Below, in pieces: positions 1-13,530 of a stretch of 64,000 bases of DNA. Numbering within the stretch: the first letter of the stretch is position 1; the number at the start of each line of letters is the position of its first letter. The translations under genes and the position numbers were made by a program. This DNA is from Octopus vulgaris (Eukaryota). The stretch is taken from the NCBI GenBank assembly GCA_951406725.2, contig OX597834.1, positions 23,870,001 through 23,934,000 of the forward strand. The letters are read 5' to 3'. The notes under the pieces are model-generated. The model saw only the letters and a list, made by a program, of their open reading frames with translations, had not been told where the DNA came from and did no database searches.

Positions 1-228
1 ACATGTTTTAATTATTGGAATTTAATTCTTGGGGCAAAATCAAAACAGCTGTAAGAGGACATGTTGAATTTTTGCAGTTAATAAATTATATTAATTCTGA
101 ATTTTAATTTGAAAATTTATAAACCAAGATTTATACTTAAACCTATTACTTTTATGAATATTATTACTATTCACAAAAAATAATAGGCAACAAACCAGTA
201 ATTCATTGGGTATTTTTTAATCCCTTAA

Positions 229-448
229 CCCTTTCGTTACTGTATTTATTTTGAGATGCTCTGTGTTTCTTTCAATTACTTTAAATATAACAAAGAATTT
301 AGTAAAATAACTTAGTTATTATTCAGCTAGTGTTAGGAACATAAATTGTGACTAAGGTTTGGTGGAAGATTTTAATTCAAAATTTATGAAAATAAGACAT
401 TTGTATTCAGAGCCAGAGCCGGTTTCAGCCAGGTTGGTAATGAAAGGG
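229..448. mobile_element. piggyBac-type MITE (220 bp)
   Basis: Termini CCCTTTCGTTAC...GTAATGAAAGGG flanked by TTAA on both sides (225-228, 449-452); a second, inverted copy lies at 59655-60446. Confidence 0.85.
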
Positions 449-904
449 TTAATGAGGCTATTTAGCCACTATTTAGATTTATATATATATGTATGTATGT
501 TACTGGTCATGTTGGTTAGTAGTTTCTATATGTTTGTTGTTGTTATGTGTGTATGTGCATGTTTACTTATTTATTCTGACCACTGTTTGTGTACCTGTGG
601 GTGTGTATAACATATTTATGTATGCTGTTATAACGGTACAGTCTAGTTATCATGTATGTGTATGTGTTTACAATCTATGTGAATATATAATGTCAAATTG
701 TTGGTGATCATTGTGTTGCAAGTACTTGGTCTGGCCTATGATCAAAGATAATCCAGGTGTGATTATCCTGTCTTTTTTTTTTCCAAGTATATCTAGTGTT
801 CCATACTTTAAAAGCCAATAGGCTATAATTTAAAGGAGACTGACCACTTGGAGCTTTCTCCACGACAAAAACCGGAATTTTTCGGGTGAAATAATTATAA
901 CAAA

Positions 905-1192
905 TCATCATTATCATCATCATCATCGTTTAACGTCCACTTTCCATGCTAGCATAGGTTGGACGGTTCAACTGGGATCTGGGAAGCCAGAAGGCTGCAC
1001 TAGGCCCAGTCTGATCTGGCAGTGTTTCTACAGCTGGATGCCCTTCCTAACACCAACCACTCCGTGAATGTAGTGGGTGCTTTTTACGTGTCACCGGCAC
1101 AGGTGCCAGACATGGCTGGCAACGGCCACAATCAGATGGTGCTTTTTTACATGCCACCGGCACGAAGGTCAGGCGAGGCTGGCAACGGCCAA
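905..1192 (-). mobile_element. RTE-associated 3'-end repeat (family A; truncated LINE 3' UTR or SINE)
   Basis: Reverse complement carries GGAAGGGCATCCAGCTGTAGAAAC and ends ...GGACGTTAAACGATGATGATG; many copies in the window; similar sequence follows the RTE ORF end at 63545-64000. Confidence 0.75.
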
Positions 1193-1879
1193 CAAATAAT
1201 TCAAGAAAAAAGTCCCCAAAAAAGAAATGAAGAAAACTTCGATAACTGTTTTATTGTATTGTTCAGCAGTCTTTTAGCCTACCGCTTTCAGTTTTATTAA
1301 TTGACAGCTTGTATTTTTCTGTTCAGTGGTGGGAATATATTTTGATATTTTTATATTGTTATTACAACAATTTGTGTAGGACAAAGAGAATTAATGAGAA
1401 GGAATGGCCTTGGACAACGAGAAAGGTAAAGATGATGGGAAAATTGCAGCGAAAATAATAAACTAAGAGGGAAAAAGTTCACAGGTCAAGGATAAAGGTG
1501 TTCCGTCAGTGGAACCTGGTGTTAAACGACAACAACAACAACAACAACATCAGCAATGAACTGGATACATCTTATGGAAGAGTCAGCAATGAAACACTGT
1601 GTAGGTGCTCGATCTGTCAGAAATAACAGTTGAATCACTTGCAAAATTACATCTTAGAGTCTTCGAAATAAAAGGAAGGACCTATTGGATACTACAGTCG
1701 CTGATACACTGCATCCTCTGCAGAAGAAGGAATGACCACAGGTAGAATGCATTTGATTACAGGTTTGCACAGTCAGGGTTGTCCTTAATTTAATCAAGAA
1801 CAACCACATAAACACACAAGCACTTTTGATGTATGTATGACGCATTAGCTAGCTTTATGTGTGTGTGTGTATATATATT

Positions 1880-1930
<51 letters not shown>

Positions 1931-2237
1931 AGAGAGAGAGATAGATTACTGTGAGAGAATGGATTGATATATATAGATTGATAGGAAAAAATAGTGATGC
2001 ACACACACACACACACACACACATGGAATTCCCATGAACGGAGAACTAGACAAAGTTAATGAGAGAATTAGGTGGAGAAAAATAGACATTCAGAGATATG
2101 GAGCAAAAGAAAGAGAGTGAAATTGAGTGGGTGGAGGCATGTAAAGATGTAAAGTGGTGTGTGTGTGTGTGTGTGTATTGATAGATAATAGATAGATAGA
2201 TACTATGTGTGTGCATATATATATAAATATATAAACG

Positions 2238-2268
<31 letters not shown>

Positions 2269-2269
2269 G

Positions 2270-2733
2270 TAGATGAATGGATAGATAGAGAGATAGATAA
2301 ATAGATAGATAGATAGACAGATAGATAGATGATAGACAAATAGATAGATAGAAAGATAGATAGATAGATAGACAGACAGGCAGATAGATAGATAGACAGA
2401 CAGATAGATAGATAGACAGACAGGCAGATAGATAGATAGACAGACAGATAGATAGATACACAGATAGATAGATAGATAGATAGATAGATAAATGGATAGA
2501 TAGATAGACAGATAGATAGATAGATAGATAGATGATAGACAGATAGATAGATGATAGACAAATAGATAGATAGATAAATAGATAGACAGACAGATAGATA
2601 GACAGACAGATAGATAGATGGATGGATAGATAGATAGATAGATAGAAAGACAGACAGATAGATAGATAGATAGACAGATAGATAGATGGATAGATAGATA
2701 GACAGATAGACAGATAGATAGATGATAGACAAA

Positions 2734-2767
<34 letters not shown>

Positions 2768-2815
2768 CACAGATAGATAGATAGACAAACAGAAAGACAG
2801 ATAGATAGGTAGGTA
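2270..2815. repeat. (GATA/GACA)n tetranucleotide satellite
   Basis: About 550 bp of GATA/GACA units; source of the spurious YLSI-repeat ORFs. Confidence 0.95.
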
Positions 2816-3533
2816 AAACGAGAGAATGAGGAGTAATTGTAGAGGTAAGCAAAAGGCAGAGCGGGAAGAGAGAGAGAGAGAGAGGCTACTAGACAGACGT
2901 TTTAGATACAAAGAGAAAAATGTATGACTGGTAGACTGTAGAGAGGGGAGGGAAAGAAAGAGAATAAGTGAAGAGAAGGGGAGGGAAGCAGAGAGAAAGA
3001 GAGAGAGAGAAACTAGTTTACCTGTAGAAAATAAGAGAAAGCTCGATAATTGTTGTAATACAACAGTTGCATGGTTTGAGTTGGATTGACTGGACAGAGG
3101 ACCAGAACAGAATTATTTACCTGTAGCAGGACAATGGAAGACAAATATTTTTTAATTTACAACTAGACCCACTGGCTGACATCTTAGTATTTCTTACCTA
3201 TTGTTGTTGTTGTTGTTGTGATGGCAGTGCTGGTGGCGGTGGTGGTGGTCACCCAGACAAAAACAATGAAAGAAGGTAATTAGTGTTTCTGTTCTAAAAT
3301 TATTCTTGAATTTTAAATATTTTTCTCAATTTTTTACTAATTCTTTAGTTTTAAAACCTCTCCCAACATACCTATTGTGCTATAGAAATGTACATGTGTG
3401 TATAATTATATATATATATATGTTTATATATAAATATATATATATATATACATAAATAAATATGAGAGGGAACAACTATGTGGAAACCCTTACGCTAAAA
3501 AGAGATCCGCATAAGTCTCACCCTCATTTTGAC

Positions 3534-3573
<40 letters not shown>

Positions 3574-3779
3574 TATATATATGTTTATATATATATATAT
3601 ATATACACCCACACCCACACCCACACACACATATATATATATATCCAGAGAGGGAGTTGGGTGGATAAAGATAGATACATAGATACATCGATATAAGTAT
3701 ATCGATATTAGCTAGTCAACCTTTTACTTATCTATCTCTCACCATTTCATACTTCTTTTCTATTAATATACATTGCATT

Positions 3780-4001
3780 TCTATATACGTATATTTATCA
3801 TTATATATGTGTGTGTGTGTGTGAATGTATGTATATATATATGTATGTATGTAAATATATGTATGTATATATATGTGTATGTGAATGTATGTATGTATAT
3901 TTATGTATGTGAATGTATGTATATATATATGTATGTAAATATATGTATGTATGTGAATGTAAGTATATATATATATGTATGTAAATATATGTATATGAAT
4001 G

Positions 4002-4049
<48 letters not shown>

Positions 4050-4284
4050 GCTGGAGTGGCTGTGGTAAGTAGCTTGCTTATGAACTGCATGGTTCCAGGT
4101 TCACTCCCACTGCGTGGCAACTTGGGCAAGTGTCTTCTACTATAGCCTTGGGCCGACCAAAGCCTTGTGAGTGGATTTGGTAGACGGAAACTGAAAAGCC
4201 CATCGTGTATATATATATATATATATACATACACACAAACATTCACATTCATACATATATGTATATATATATGTGAATGTTTGT

Positions 4285-4339
<55 letters not shown>

Positions 4340-4473
4340 TGTATATTTAAGATAAGTTAATTTTTTGGCTCAAAAAACAAAAAGCAAGGCCATGTAGGAG
4401 GACATGGAGTTATGTACAGGGGTGTTCATGCAAAGAGTATATATATATATACATATATATATATGTGAATGTT

Positions 4474-4533
<60 letters not shown>

Positions 4534-4671
4534 AATGTTTGTATATGTGTGTGTGTTTTCAGAGCATTGTTGGTTTAAAAAGCCACATCAGATGCCATGA
4601 TGGTTATCAGGTGTAGGTACAGAAGGTGGTCAAACTCTGCATAAAGAGTAGACATCCACCATATGAATGTA

Positions 4672-4702
<31 letters not shown>

Positions 4703-4747
4703 GTATGTTTCTATATATATATATATATATGTATGTATGTGAATGTT

Positions 4748-4789
<42 letters not shown>

Positions 4790-4950
4790 AATGTTTATAT
4801 ATATATGTATGCATGTGAATGTTTATATGTGTATGTATATGAATGTCTATATATATGCATGGGAATGTCTATATATATATGTATGTATGTGAATGTTTAA
4901 ATATATATGTATATATATGCATTTGAATGTGTGTATATATAGGTATATAT
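3780..4950. repeat. Complex (TA)n/(TATG)n microsatellite with recurring TGTGAATGT motif
   Basis: Direct inspection; interrupted by a SINE head (4052-4208) and a CR1 3' tail (about 4352-4438, -). Confidence 0.9.
4052..4208 (+). mobile_element. tRNA-derived SINE family B, 5' half
   Basis: A-box/B-box-like head TGGCTGTGG...GGTTCACTCCC followed by the CORE-like TTGGGCAAGT motif. Confidence 0.8.
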
Positions 4951-5339
4951 ATGTCAGATCGCTCTCGAGTGCTACTGGCACCATGTAGTCCAGTACAACC
5001 TGTTACATGATTGGGTCGTCGGTGACTAAACTGGCAACTCCAGCAGGTTTGCTTGGTGAAGCAGGTGGTTGTTGGACACCCTGCGGGGCAGAAAATGAGG
5101 CCAGTCAAAAGGCAGAGGAACTACAACGTAGTCAATGTCCATTCAACAATGCGTGTGTTGAGTGTTTGTGCATGTGTGTCTGTGTATGTACTGTGTATTG
5201 CATTTCAAACTCTGTGTGTGTGTGTATGTATAATGTAAATATTGTATTGTCACTGTCCCTTGTCTCACCTGAGGCGTTGTATTCCAGAAGAGGCGGAAGA
5301 ACCATTTGGTCAATGGCTCAAATGGAATTTTGGGATCAT

Positions 5340-7700
5340 TGAGACCCCAGTTTGGTAAATGACCAAGCAAAGGTGTATGAACTAGTCTACTGGTCATCGT
5401 CTCCCAATAGGTGTGACTTCCTGATCTCACTCCACTGCCTTGTGAACAGACTTTTTAGTCAAAGGCTCCGGGCAGGGTCTCCTAAGCTAGCCCCCTACTT
5501 CAGCCTAGGCAACTGGGTAGTATACGCCTAGTGAAAACCATGGATCCTTTTCTCTCTTTTGCCATGGTTTGGATGGCATAGCAGGAGGGGCTTGTCAGCC
5601 ATGGTTGGCAACCTGCCTAGGAGAGGGTAACTCCTACTTCAAACCTACGACCCAAGGACCTCGCTGTCACCATCCCAGCTCGCTAGGCCATGGCTGATGA
5701 ACCTCGTGCTTAAAGGGGGGGGGGCAGTTTGCGCACACTGCACTTCACTTTAAAACTCCCCAGCGCAGGCCAAAGGACACGTCCACGTTCTATGACCAGC
5801 CATCCCAAAAGCCTTGCAGTGATGGGAAAGGGGTGAAAGTGGCAGGTAAAAGATGTCACTCGAAGCCGTAGTCTTGATCCTACATGTAGGTGGCTCAGGA
5901 CTTTGGTCACCTGGTTGACAACCTGGAGGCAACAACACTACTTGGCAGCATCCTGAGCGACCGGGCAGCCCTATTTAAAGAGAGCACTGCCTGCTCTACA
6001 TGGAGAGGAGTGGTAGAAAAGGTTCACTTAAACAAAGCTCGTCTCCTCTATACCCAGTTGGTTAGCCGCAGTCAACGGGCATCTTCAGAGTGGTCGAACA
6101 AACATGGAAACAAAACCAAAAAAAAGTAAGCAGGCAGCCTGTGCTGGAAGGAAGAGAAAGTCAAGTTCCAAGCAAACCTGCAGCAAAAGCTAACTTGCAC
6201 TGATGTCACCATCCCAGACATCTTGTGGGAGAACCTGAAAGCAGCCATCTTTAAGACATCTGAGGGAGTTCCAAATATGGTGTCTGAGTCTCAGTGTGGT
6301 TTTCATTCTTCCAGGGGCACAGCTGATTGTATCTTTACTGTCAGACAATTACAAGAAAAGTGCATTGAACAGTATCTTGCTCTATACCATTACTTTGTTG
6401 ATTTGAGCAAAGCATTCAATACTGTTAATCAAAATGCTCTGTGGCTAATTCTAAGGAAAATAGGTTGCCCAGAAAAATTTGTAAACATGATCAGGGCTCT
6501 GCATCAAGATTTGAAAACTACAGTTAACTTTGGTTGTAGGCTCTCTGAATCTTTTGCTGTGAAAAATGGAGTAAAGCAAGGAGACCTTGATGCACCCAAC
6601 CTCTTTGCAATATACTTTGCTGTTGTGTTGTCACATGCTTTTCAAAACTCTGAGGAGGGTATTTACATAAAATATCAAACAACAGGGAATGTTTTTAATC
6701 TGACCAGACTGAAATTCAAAATGAAGGTTTTTACTTTACTTATTAGGGAACTTTTATTTACTGACGATTATGATCTTGTCAGTCATTCTGAAATAGGTCG
6801 GCAATCTCTTGTATCTGCATTTGACTCAGCCTGTGATGATTTTGGCTTGACCATCAACTTAAAAAAACAGTTGTAATGCATTAACCTGCGTGTGGTGCTG
6901 TTTGTAAACCCCCTAAAATTTTTGTTAAGGGTAAGCTACTTAAGGTTGTCAATTCATTCATCCACCTTGGAAGCTCTGTACAAAATGATGGAAATCTTGA
7001 TACAGAAGTTCATCTGTGAATTCAAAGAACAGCAAAAGCATTTGGTGGTTTGGAGTCACACGTCTGGTGCCAGTGACATAAATAAGAATACAAAGCTGGC
7101 TCTTTACAAATCATTTGTCTTACTATCCCTGTTGTATTCTTGTGAAACATAGATATGTTATGAAAGGCATTTTAAATTGTTAGAACAATTCCACCAAAAA
7201 TGCCTTCATCGCATTTTACACATTAAATGGAGTTCTTTTACTCCAAACACAGATGTCCTTGCATCTTCAGGCATCACCTCAGTTAAAGCTATGATTTTAA
7301 GGAACCAAATGAGATGGTCTGACCATATTGTTTGAATGGCAGATAAATGCATGCTGAAACAGCTGTTTTATGATGAACCTGTTGAGGGAAAACACTATCG
7401 TGTAAACCTAAAAAAAGGCTTAAGGATGGCATAAGGACTACTATGAAGTCACTTGGAATAGATCCAGAAGACATAGAAACTCTTGCTTTGGATTGAAGTG
7501 TGGAGTGGAGTGGAGTGAAAGCATTTGAAGAGGCTAGGATAATGCATGTAAGACTCAAAAGAGATCTAAGGAAGAATGTTATGATTGAGAAGGTGAATGA
7601 CAATGAACTTTTTGTGTGCACAGTCTGTGACAGACCATGCCTTTCTTTTGCTGGGCTCAGATCTCGTTTGTGAACCTATGGAAAACGAACCTCCACCAAC
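5340..7700 (+). mobile_element. RTE/BovB-like LINE, degenerate (5' UTR, endonuclease deleted, RT, C-terminal Zn finger)
   Basis: ORF 6223-6876 has ESQCGF, FVDLSKAF, GVKQG and ELLFTDD; frameshifted continuation leads to CTVCDRPC...AGLRS near 7615-7670. Confidence 0.9.
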
Positions 7701-7729
7701 TATTCTGCCTATATGTCTGTGCAGTGTAT

Positions 7730-8920
7730 GCTTTCGATGTGATCATGGGGTCATATGATAGAGCAGGTATATGCAATCTTACTGGACTATTCCTACTTGA
7801 TATGTTAGGCAAAACTTTTCCTGATGTATACTTTGCCATTTACAAAGATGATGCCCTAGCCTTAACTGCTAATACCAATGGACCAGCACAGGATTGGTTT
7901 AGGAAGGACATTATCCATTTGATGAAAACTTTCAGTCTTAGCATAACTACAGACACCAACCTTATGGTTGTCAGTTTCCTAGATGTATCCTTAGATCTAA
8001 ATAAGAATATTTATAAACCTTATAGGAAGCTCAATCATAGATTTAGTTGTATTAATGTGGGTTCCTGTCATCCCCCCATAGTGTTTAAAAATTTAGTTAA
8101 AAACATTAGCAAAAGAATTTCTAGCCTCTCCTCCGATAGGGACATTTTTAATAGCATTGCCCCAGTATATAATAAGGCTCTAAAAGATAGTGGATTTAGT
8201 GAGGAAATAACCTATACACTTGCCATCAGTCCAATAATAAAGAAAAAGAAACATAGGAATAGGAAAACTATCTGGTTCACCCCCCCCTACTCACCTGAAG
8301 TGACCTTTAATATAGGCAAGTATGTCTTAGCACTGATAGATAGACACTTTCCAGTCAACCATACTTACAAAAGCTCTTCAATAGACATAACTTCAAAATC
8401 AGTTTCAGCTCAACTAATAATTTTAAAAATATAATCGCACGCAACACACAAAAACCACAAAATGAAACCAGCTGTTCATACAGGGTTAAAAATTTGTGCC
8501 CGCTAAATGGAGCTTGCATGTCCGAGATCACCGTTTATAAAGCCACCGTGGACTCTATATCCACTAAGGACACAGTTTCTATGAAGAAATACGTGGGCCT
8601 TACAGAGGGTAATTTCAAGGCCAGGTTCAATAATCACACCTTGATCTTCAGGTACTGGGATAAAAGGAAAATGACCAAATTATCCAGTCATATATGGTCC
8701 TTAAAAGATAAAGGTGTCAGTTACAACATCCATTGGAAGATCTTAGCCAAGTGTAAGCCCTACACCAATGGCAGTGGAAAGTGCAGTCATTGTGATAGGG
8801 AAAGATGGCTCATCTGGAAAAACCGCTTAGACCCTGCCACATGTCTAAATTCAAGAACTGAAATTTTGGGATCATGTTCACACGTGGCTGGATATTTGTT
8901 ATGTTTTTGGTCCCCCGAGA
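7730..8920 (+). mobile_element. Penelope-like element: RT plus GIY-YIG endonuclease (frameshifted)
   Basis: MGSYD, YKDD, FLDV, YRK, SCHP, IWFTPPYS, then CPLNGAC...VYKA...YVGLTEGNFKARFNNH. Confidence 0.9.
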
Positions 8921-9686
8921 TTACAGATAGGACTTGCTTTCTATATTGTGTCCACATACAAGCTTTTTATCTCTCTATACTTTTACATATATTTCTTGTA
9001 TATTTTTTATATTTTTTTTTACATATTTATAGAGATATTGATTATAGTTTTATTGCTCATATAATTTTTTACACATAATTTTTCTCTATTCAAATATACC
9101 TATACTCTATCATGGTCCATACTGGACTCAGGACTTCCCTACCGAGGTCAATGCTCAATCTGCAAGCTTTGCCTGAAGGAGGCACTCCAAATATTAAAGC
9201 AAAACTCTTCAACATCATCATCATCATTTAGCGTCTGCTTTCCATGCTTGCATGGGTTGGACAACACTGCTTAATAAACATAATGAGGCACTAAGCACAT
9301 GCAACCACCGCTTTTATCACACATTTAAATTCTACCACAAATCCAAATGCCAGAATGACCATACAGTGCATTTCCATAATACTCCTTAGGTAATCCCAAT
9401 AACCTATAAATTTACACTCTAACTCATAATCCCTATCTAGTTTCTCACATATACAACCATCTGATTATATTCGTATGTGCACACACCCATATATATGTAT
9501 GAGTGAGAGTATGCGTATATGCATGCATGTGGGTATATGTAAACATACGTACACATGCAAGGTATATATACCTGCATATGTAGGGGCGATGATACATGCA
9601 GATGAGCATATAAATGAACATGTATGAGTGCATACACATGCGAATAAGGATTGTATATGTAACTTATCTGATATATACATATCTCT

Positions 9687-9875
9687 TTCTCTCTTGTTTC
9701 AGTCATTTGACTGCGGCCATGCTGGAGCACCGCCTTTTGTCGAGCAAATCGACACCAGGACTTATTCTTTGTAAGCCCAGTACTTATTCTATTGGTCTCT
9801 TTTGCCAAACCGCTAAGTGACGGGGACGTAAACACACCAGCATCGGTTGTCAAGCAATGCTAGGGAGACAAACAC

Positions 9876-9910
<35 letters not shown>

Positions 9911-10068
9911 CGACAGGCTTCTTTCAGTTTCCGTCTACCAAATCCACTCACAAGGCATTGGTCGGCCTGGGGCTTTAGCAGAAGACACTTGCCCAAGATG
10001 CCACGCAGTGGGACTGAACCTGGAACCATGTGGTTGGTAAGCAAGCTACTTACCACACAGCCACTCCA
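9687..10068 (-). mobile_element. tRNA-derived CORE-like SINE family B, full length
   Basis: tRNA-like head, TTGGGCAAGTG motif, internal (TA)n, tail ...TGACTGAAACAAG; near-identical copies at 47161, 58387 and 60779. Confidence 0.85.
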
Positions 10069-10767
10069 CATATTTTCTCAGATTACTAAGCACTGAACTG
10101 CTATGTTCTTAATTCTTCATATCTTTGCCCTACAATTAGACTCTACTATTACACATTGGTCATTCCTTTACCTCTTAACCCACCATTCCTCTATCTTTTA
10201 CACTATAATACCTTTCTCTCTCTATCCCCACTCCTACTTTCAAATTATTTTTACTGACCACTGATTGATCTATATCAGAATTTTTGTTTTTTGTTTTTTC
10301 TTTATTCCTATTTTCAGGGTTTTTTAAAAAATTATTTTGTTATTTTTACTAATCTTCTCTCTCCTTTCTCTTTCATTTTTTTCTTTCTTTATTTCATTCC
10401 TCTCTTCCTGTTTTCAATTTAACCTTACTAATACACTCCCTATTTCTAGATCATTTTAAATACAAACCTTTGACTCTGCAACACTGTATATAAATTCCCT
10501 ACTGGGAATGACCAAGTTTAAAAATCTGCTGGATCTCACTCATAAGGGAATCTTACATTGCTTATAAACTCTATATTTGGAAGGACTCATATTAAACTCT
10601 GTTTACTCAAAGGATATTGGAATATTGCATATATACTATTATGCCTATAAAGTGGATTTACAACTTTGACACCCATATATATCATACATCTATTTTCTTT
10701 CCTCCACCTCACTCTCTATTTTGTATCACATCTAAACTAACTATGACTTAATTTTCCTCTCACACCA

Positions 10768-10817
10768 TCTCCAATGAAGGGATATTATTAACTAATATCC
10801 TAGAAACAGCTGTAAGA
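10768..10817 (+). ncRNA. Decayed type-I minimal hammerhead motif (PLE pLTR)
   Basis: TCT-CCAATGA-AG GGATATTA..TAATATCC TA-GAAA-CAGCTG-TA-AGA; two core mismatches. Confidence 0.5.
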
Positions 10818-10881
10818 CCTTCTATCTATAAATGCTCTATCTATACAGCCTTGGCTTTTTATCTTATTGCGCAAAAAAATT

Positions 10882-10926
<45 letters not shown>

Positions 10927-11279
10927 TGATATCGTGATTCCTGAGTAGTGCTCAACTGGTAGCAGAGGGCCTGGAATTTACTTACATTAAATTGCGTGTT
11001 GTTATCCTCAGCCCATGTATAGATGGCATCTAGATCTTTCTGTAAGAGCATAGCATCAGAGGTTTCCTTGACTGACTGTGTATATATGTACGTATATATA
11101 TAGAGATATGTATATACATATCTCTATATATATGTACATATGTATGTATATATATTCATGTCTGTATATACATATGTATATATACATCGTGTGTATATAT
11201 ATAGATATTATTCTTTTATATGTTTTATATGTTTCAGTCCAATGACTGTGGCCATGCTGGAGCACCACCATTGTGATCA

Positions 11280-12610
11280 TCTTTCCACTTTCACCCTTTG
11301 TCGGAGCGGCTTTTTGGGGAAGGATGGAATTCGATGTTACTACCCTTTTTGAGTTTCTTGCCTAGATATTGGCTCATCTGGGATCTTGGCGAGCTAGAGG
11401 TCAAGATCATGTTTGAAAACGTCAACATCCACTCCATGGAGGCTCCTCAGATGCTTCGGCAGACAGTTAAACAGCTGTGGGCCCTTGAAACCCAAGCTAT
11501 TGCAGTATATCATCCGTGCCCGAGATGAAGCAGTCGGCACAGTGGGGACAGCACAGTGACGCCCTGTTTGTGCTCTTCTATAGCTCTTTATTCCAAAGTT
11601 TGGTACCAGTCCTTCCAGTACCTTCCATATATATATCACTGCATACCTCTTTGGCCTTCATGCCAAGGAATAGAGTCACAGCTCTTTCAATCTGTCCCAG
11701 TAGCTCAATTGTTTCATTGATGCAATTTTCTTTGTGTAATGCTGTTGGACTGCTTCAAGCTCTGCTATCGTCCTTGTAGTATAAGGTGACCATAGCTGAG
11801 AGCAGTAGTCCAGTTGGCTGAGGATAAATGACTTCCATAGTCTCATCATAGTGTCTTGGTCTTCTGTATATGGCCAACATTTTATTGATATGTGTGTGAA
11901 ATGAGGCATTCTAGCTCATTTCTATTCCAAGCTCATGCACTGTATTTGATTCTGGGATCGTTGTTCCATTTGGTTCAATGTACTGATGTCATGATTCCTG
12001 AGCAGTGCTCAACTGGTAGCAGAGGGCTTGGAATTTACTTGCATTAAATTGCATGTTGTGATCCTCAGCCGATGTATAGATGGCATCTAGAGCTTTCTGT
12101 AAGAGTGTAGCATCAGAGGTTTCCTTGACTGACTGTGCGACTTTTGTGTTGTCGGCATAGTTGGTAAGCATGGTTACCTCTGTCACTGATGGCATATCCG
12201 ATAGGGATACCATGAAAAGCAGTGGCCCCAGCACAGTGCCCTGGGGAACTCCACTCACTACTGGTGTCTCTGTGGAGAGAGCTCCATTGACTGCCACAGT
12301 TTGACTCCCGTCCTTTAGGAAATCATGCAACCACTCTCCAACTTTATCGGTGATGCCGAGTCCCCGTATTTTGTGGCATATCATTCCATGGTCGACCTTG
12401 TCAAATGCCTTTGCAAAGTCGAGGTATACCACATCCACTTTTGAACAGTTCATTAATTGCTTCAATACCCAGTCAGTCATAGTGTCACAGAAGCTCTGTA
12501 AGACAGCTCTTTCCCGAGTGAAAGCCATGTTGGGTGTCAGAGAGCAGGTCATTGTCCTTAAGGAACTCAATCAGTCTTTTCCTGACAATGCGCTCCATGA
12601 CTTTACTGAC
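11280..12610 (-). mobile_element. CR1-clade LINE RT fragment
   Basis: YLDFAKAFDKVDH, SGVPQGTVLGPLLF, YADNTK, LDYCSQLWSP, FNCLP. Confidence 0.9.
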
Positions 12611-13261
12611 TATATACACATATATAGATACATATATATGTATATGGTGATGGTAGTGATGTTGATATATGTGTGTGCATATGTGTACACACACACAAAC
12701 ATGCACATATATTATATATACATACTCAGTCATATATATAAAGTCAAAAGAGAAGAGAATAGAAAGAGAATTATTTTCATCATTTGTCGTAATTCTTAAA
12801 ATATTTTTTTTTTTATTCTGGATGTTATTTGAAATGATTTCTGTTGGGATTCTGCCCAGTGACATTATTACAGTAAAAGATGAGCAGGAAAAATAATCAT
12901 TGTCATCATCATCATCATTATTATTATCACCATCGATCATCAATGTTGCTGTTAGTGTGGAAGCATGATGACCAAAATTGTTTTGCAGTATTTAATTACT
13001 TCCTGTTACATTTTGTGTTGAGATCTTGCTGAGAGTGATCGACTTTGCCTTTCATCTCTCTCGGATCAATAATGTCAATAACCAGTCGTCGTCGTTACTG
13101 TTAGCAGTGGTGGTGGAAGTGTTGGTATTGTTGCTGTTGTTGTCTAGCTCCAAATCAGTTCTCAGTAAGGAAACCCTTGGAACAAACACACTTCAACCAT
13201 GACCATACCATCTACTAAGATATTTCTAGGACTACATTTTCTAAGGTGTCCTTCCCTCTCT

Positions 13262-13530
13262 TATCATCATCATCATCATCATCACCATCATCGTTTAACG
13301 TCTGTTTCCCATGCTAGCATGGGTTGGACGGTTCAACTGGGATCTGGGAAGCCAGAAGGCTGTACCAGGCCCCAGTCTGATCTGGCAGTGATTCTACAGC
13401 TGGATGCCCTTCCTAACGCCAACCACTCTGTGAGTGTAGTAGGTGCTTTTTACGTGCCAGGTGAGGCTGGCAATGGCCATGATCGGATTGGTGCTTTTTA
13501 CGTGACACCAGCATGGACGTGCCACCAGCA
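13262..13530 (-). mobile_element. RTE-associated repeat family A copy
   Basis: Aligns by eye with 905-1192; (CAT)n tail. Confidence 0.75.

Larger units (their letters stand above)
9100..10884 (+). mobile_element. Second PLE remnant (GIY-YIG C-terminus plus long 3' region/pLTR)
   Basis: About 9110-9200 translates WSILDSGLPYRGQCSICKLCLKEALQIL; ends near a decayed hammerhead at 10768-10817. Confidence 0.55.

Noticed and set aside
2046-2911. 268-aa and 273-aa ORFs
   Set aside because: Translations of the (TATC)n satellite
4052-4120. tRNA genes
   Set aside because: The tRNA-like heads belong to multi-copy SINEs and no complete cloverleaf was found
5640-5710. HDV-like or hammerhead ribozyme in the RTE 5' UTR
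   Set aside because: CTGATGA is present, but neither fold could be completed by eye
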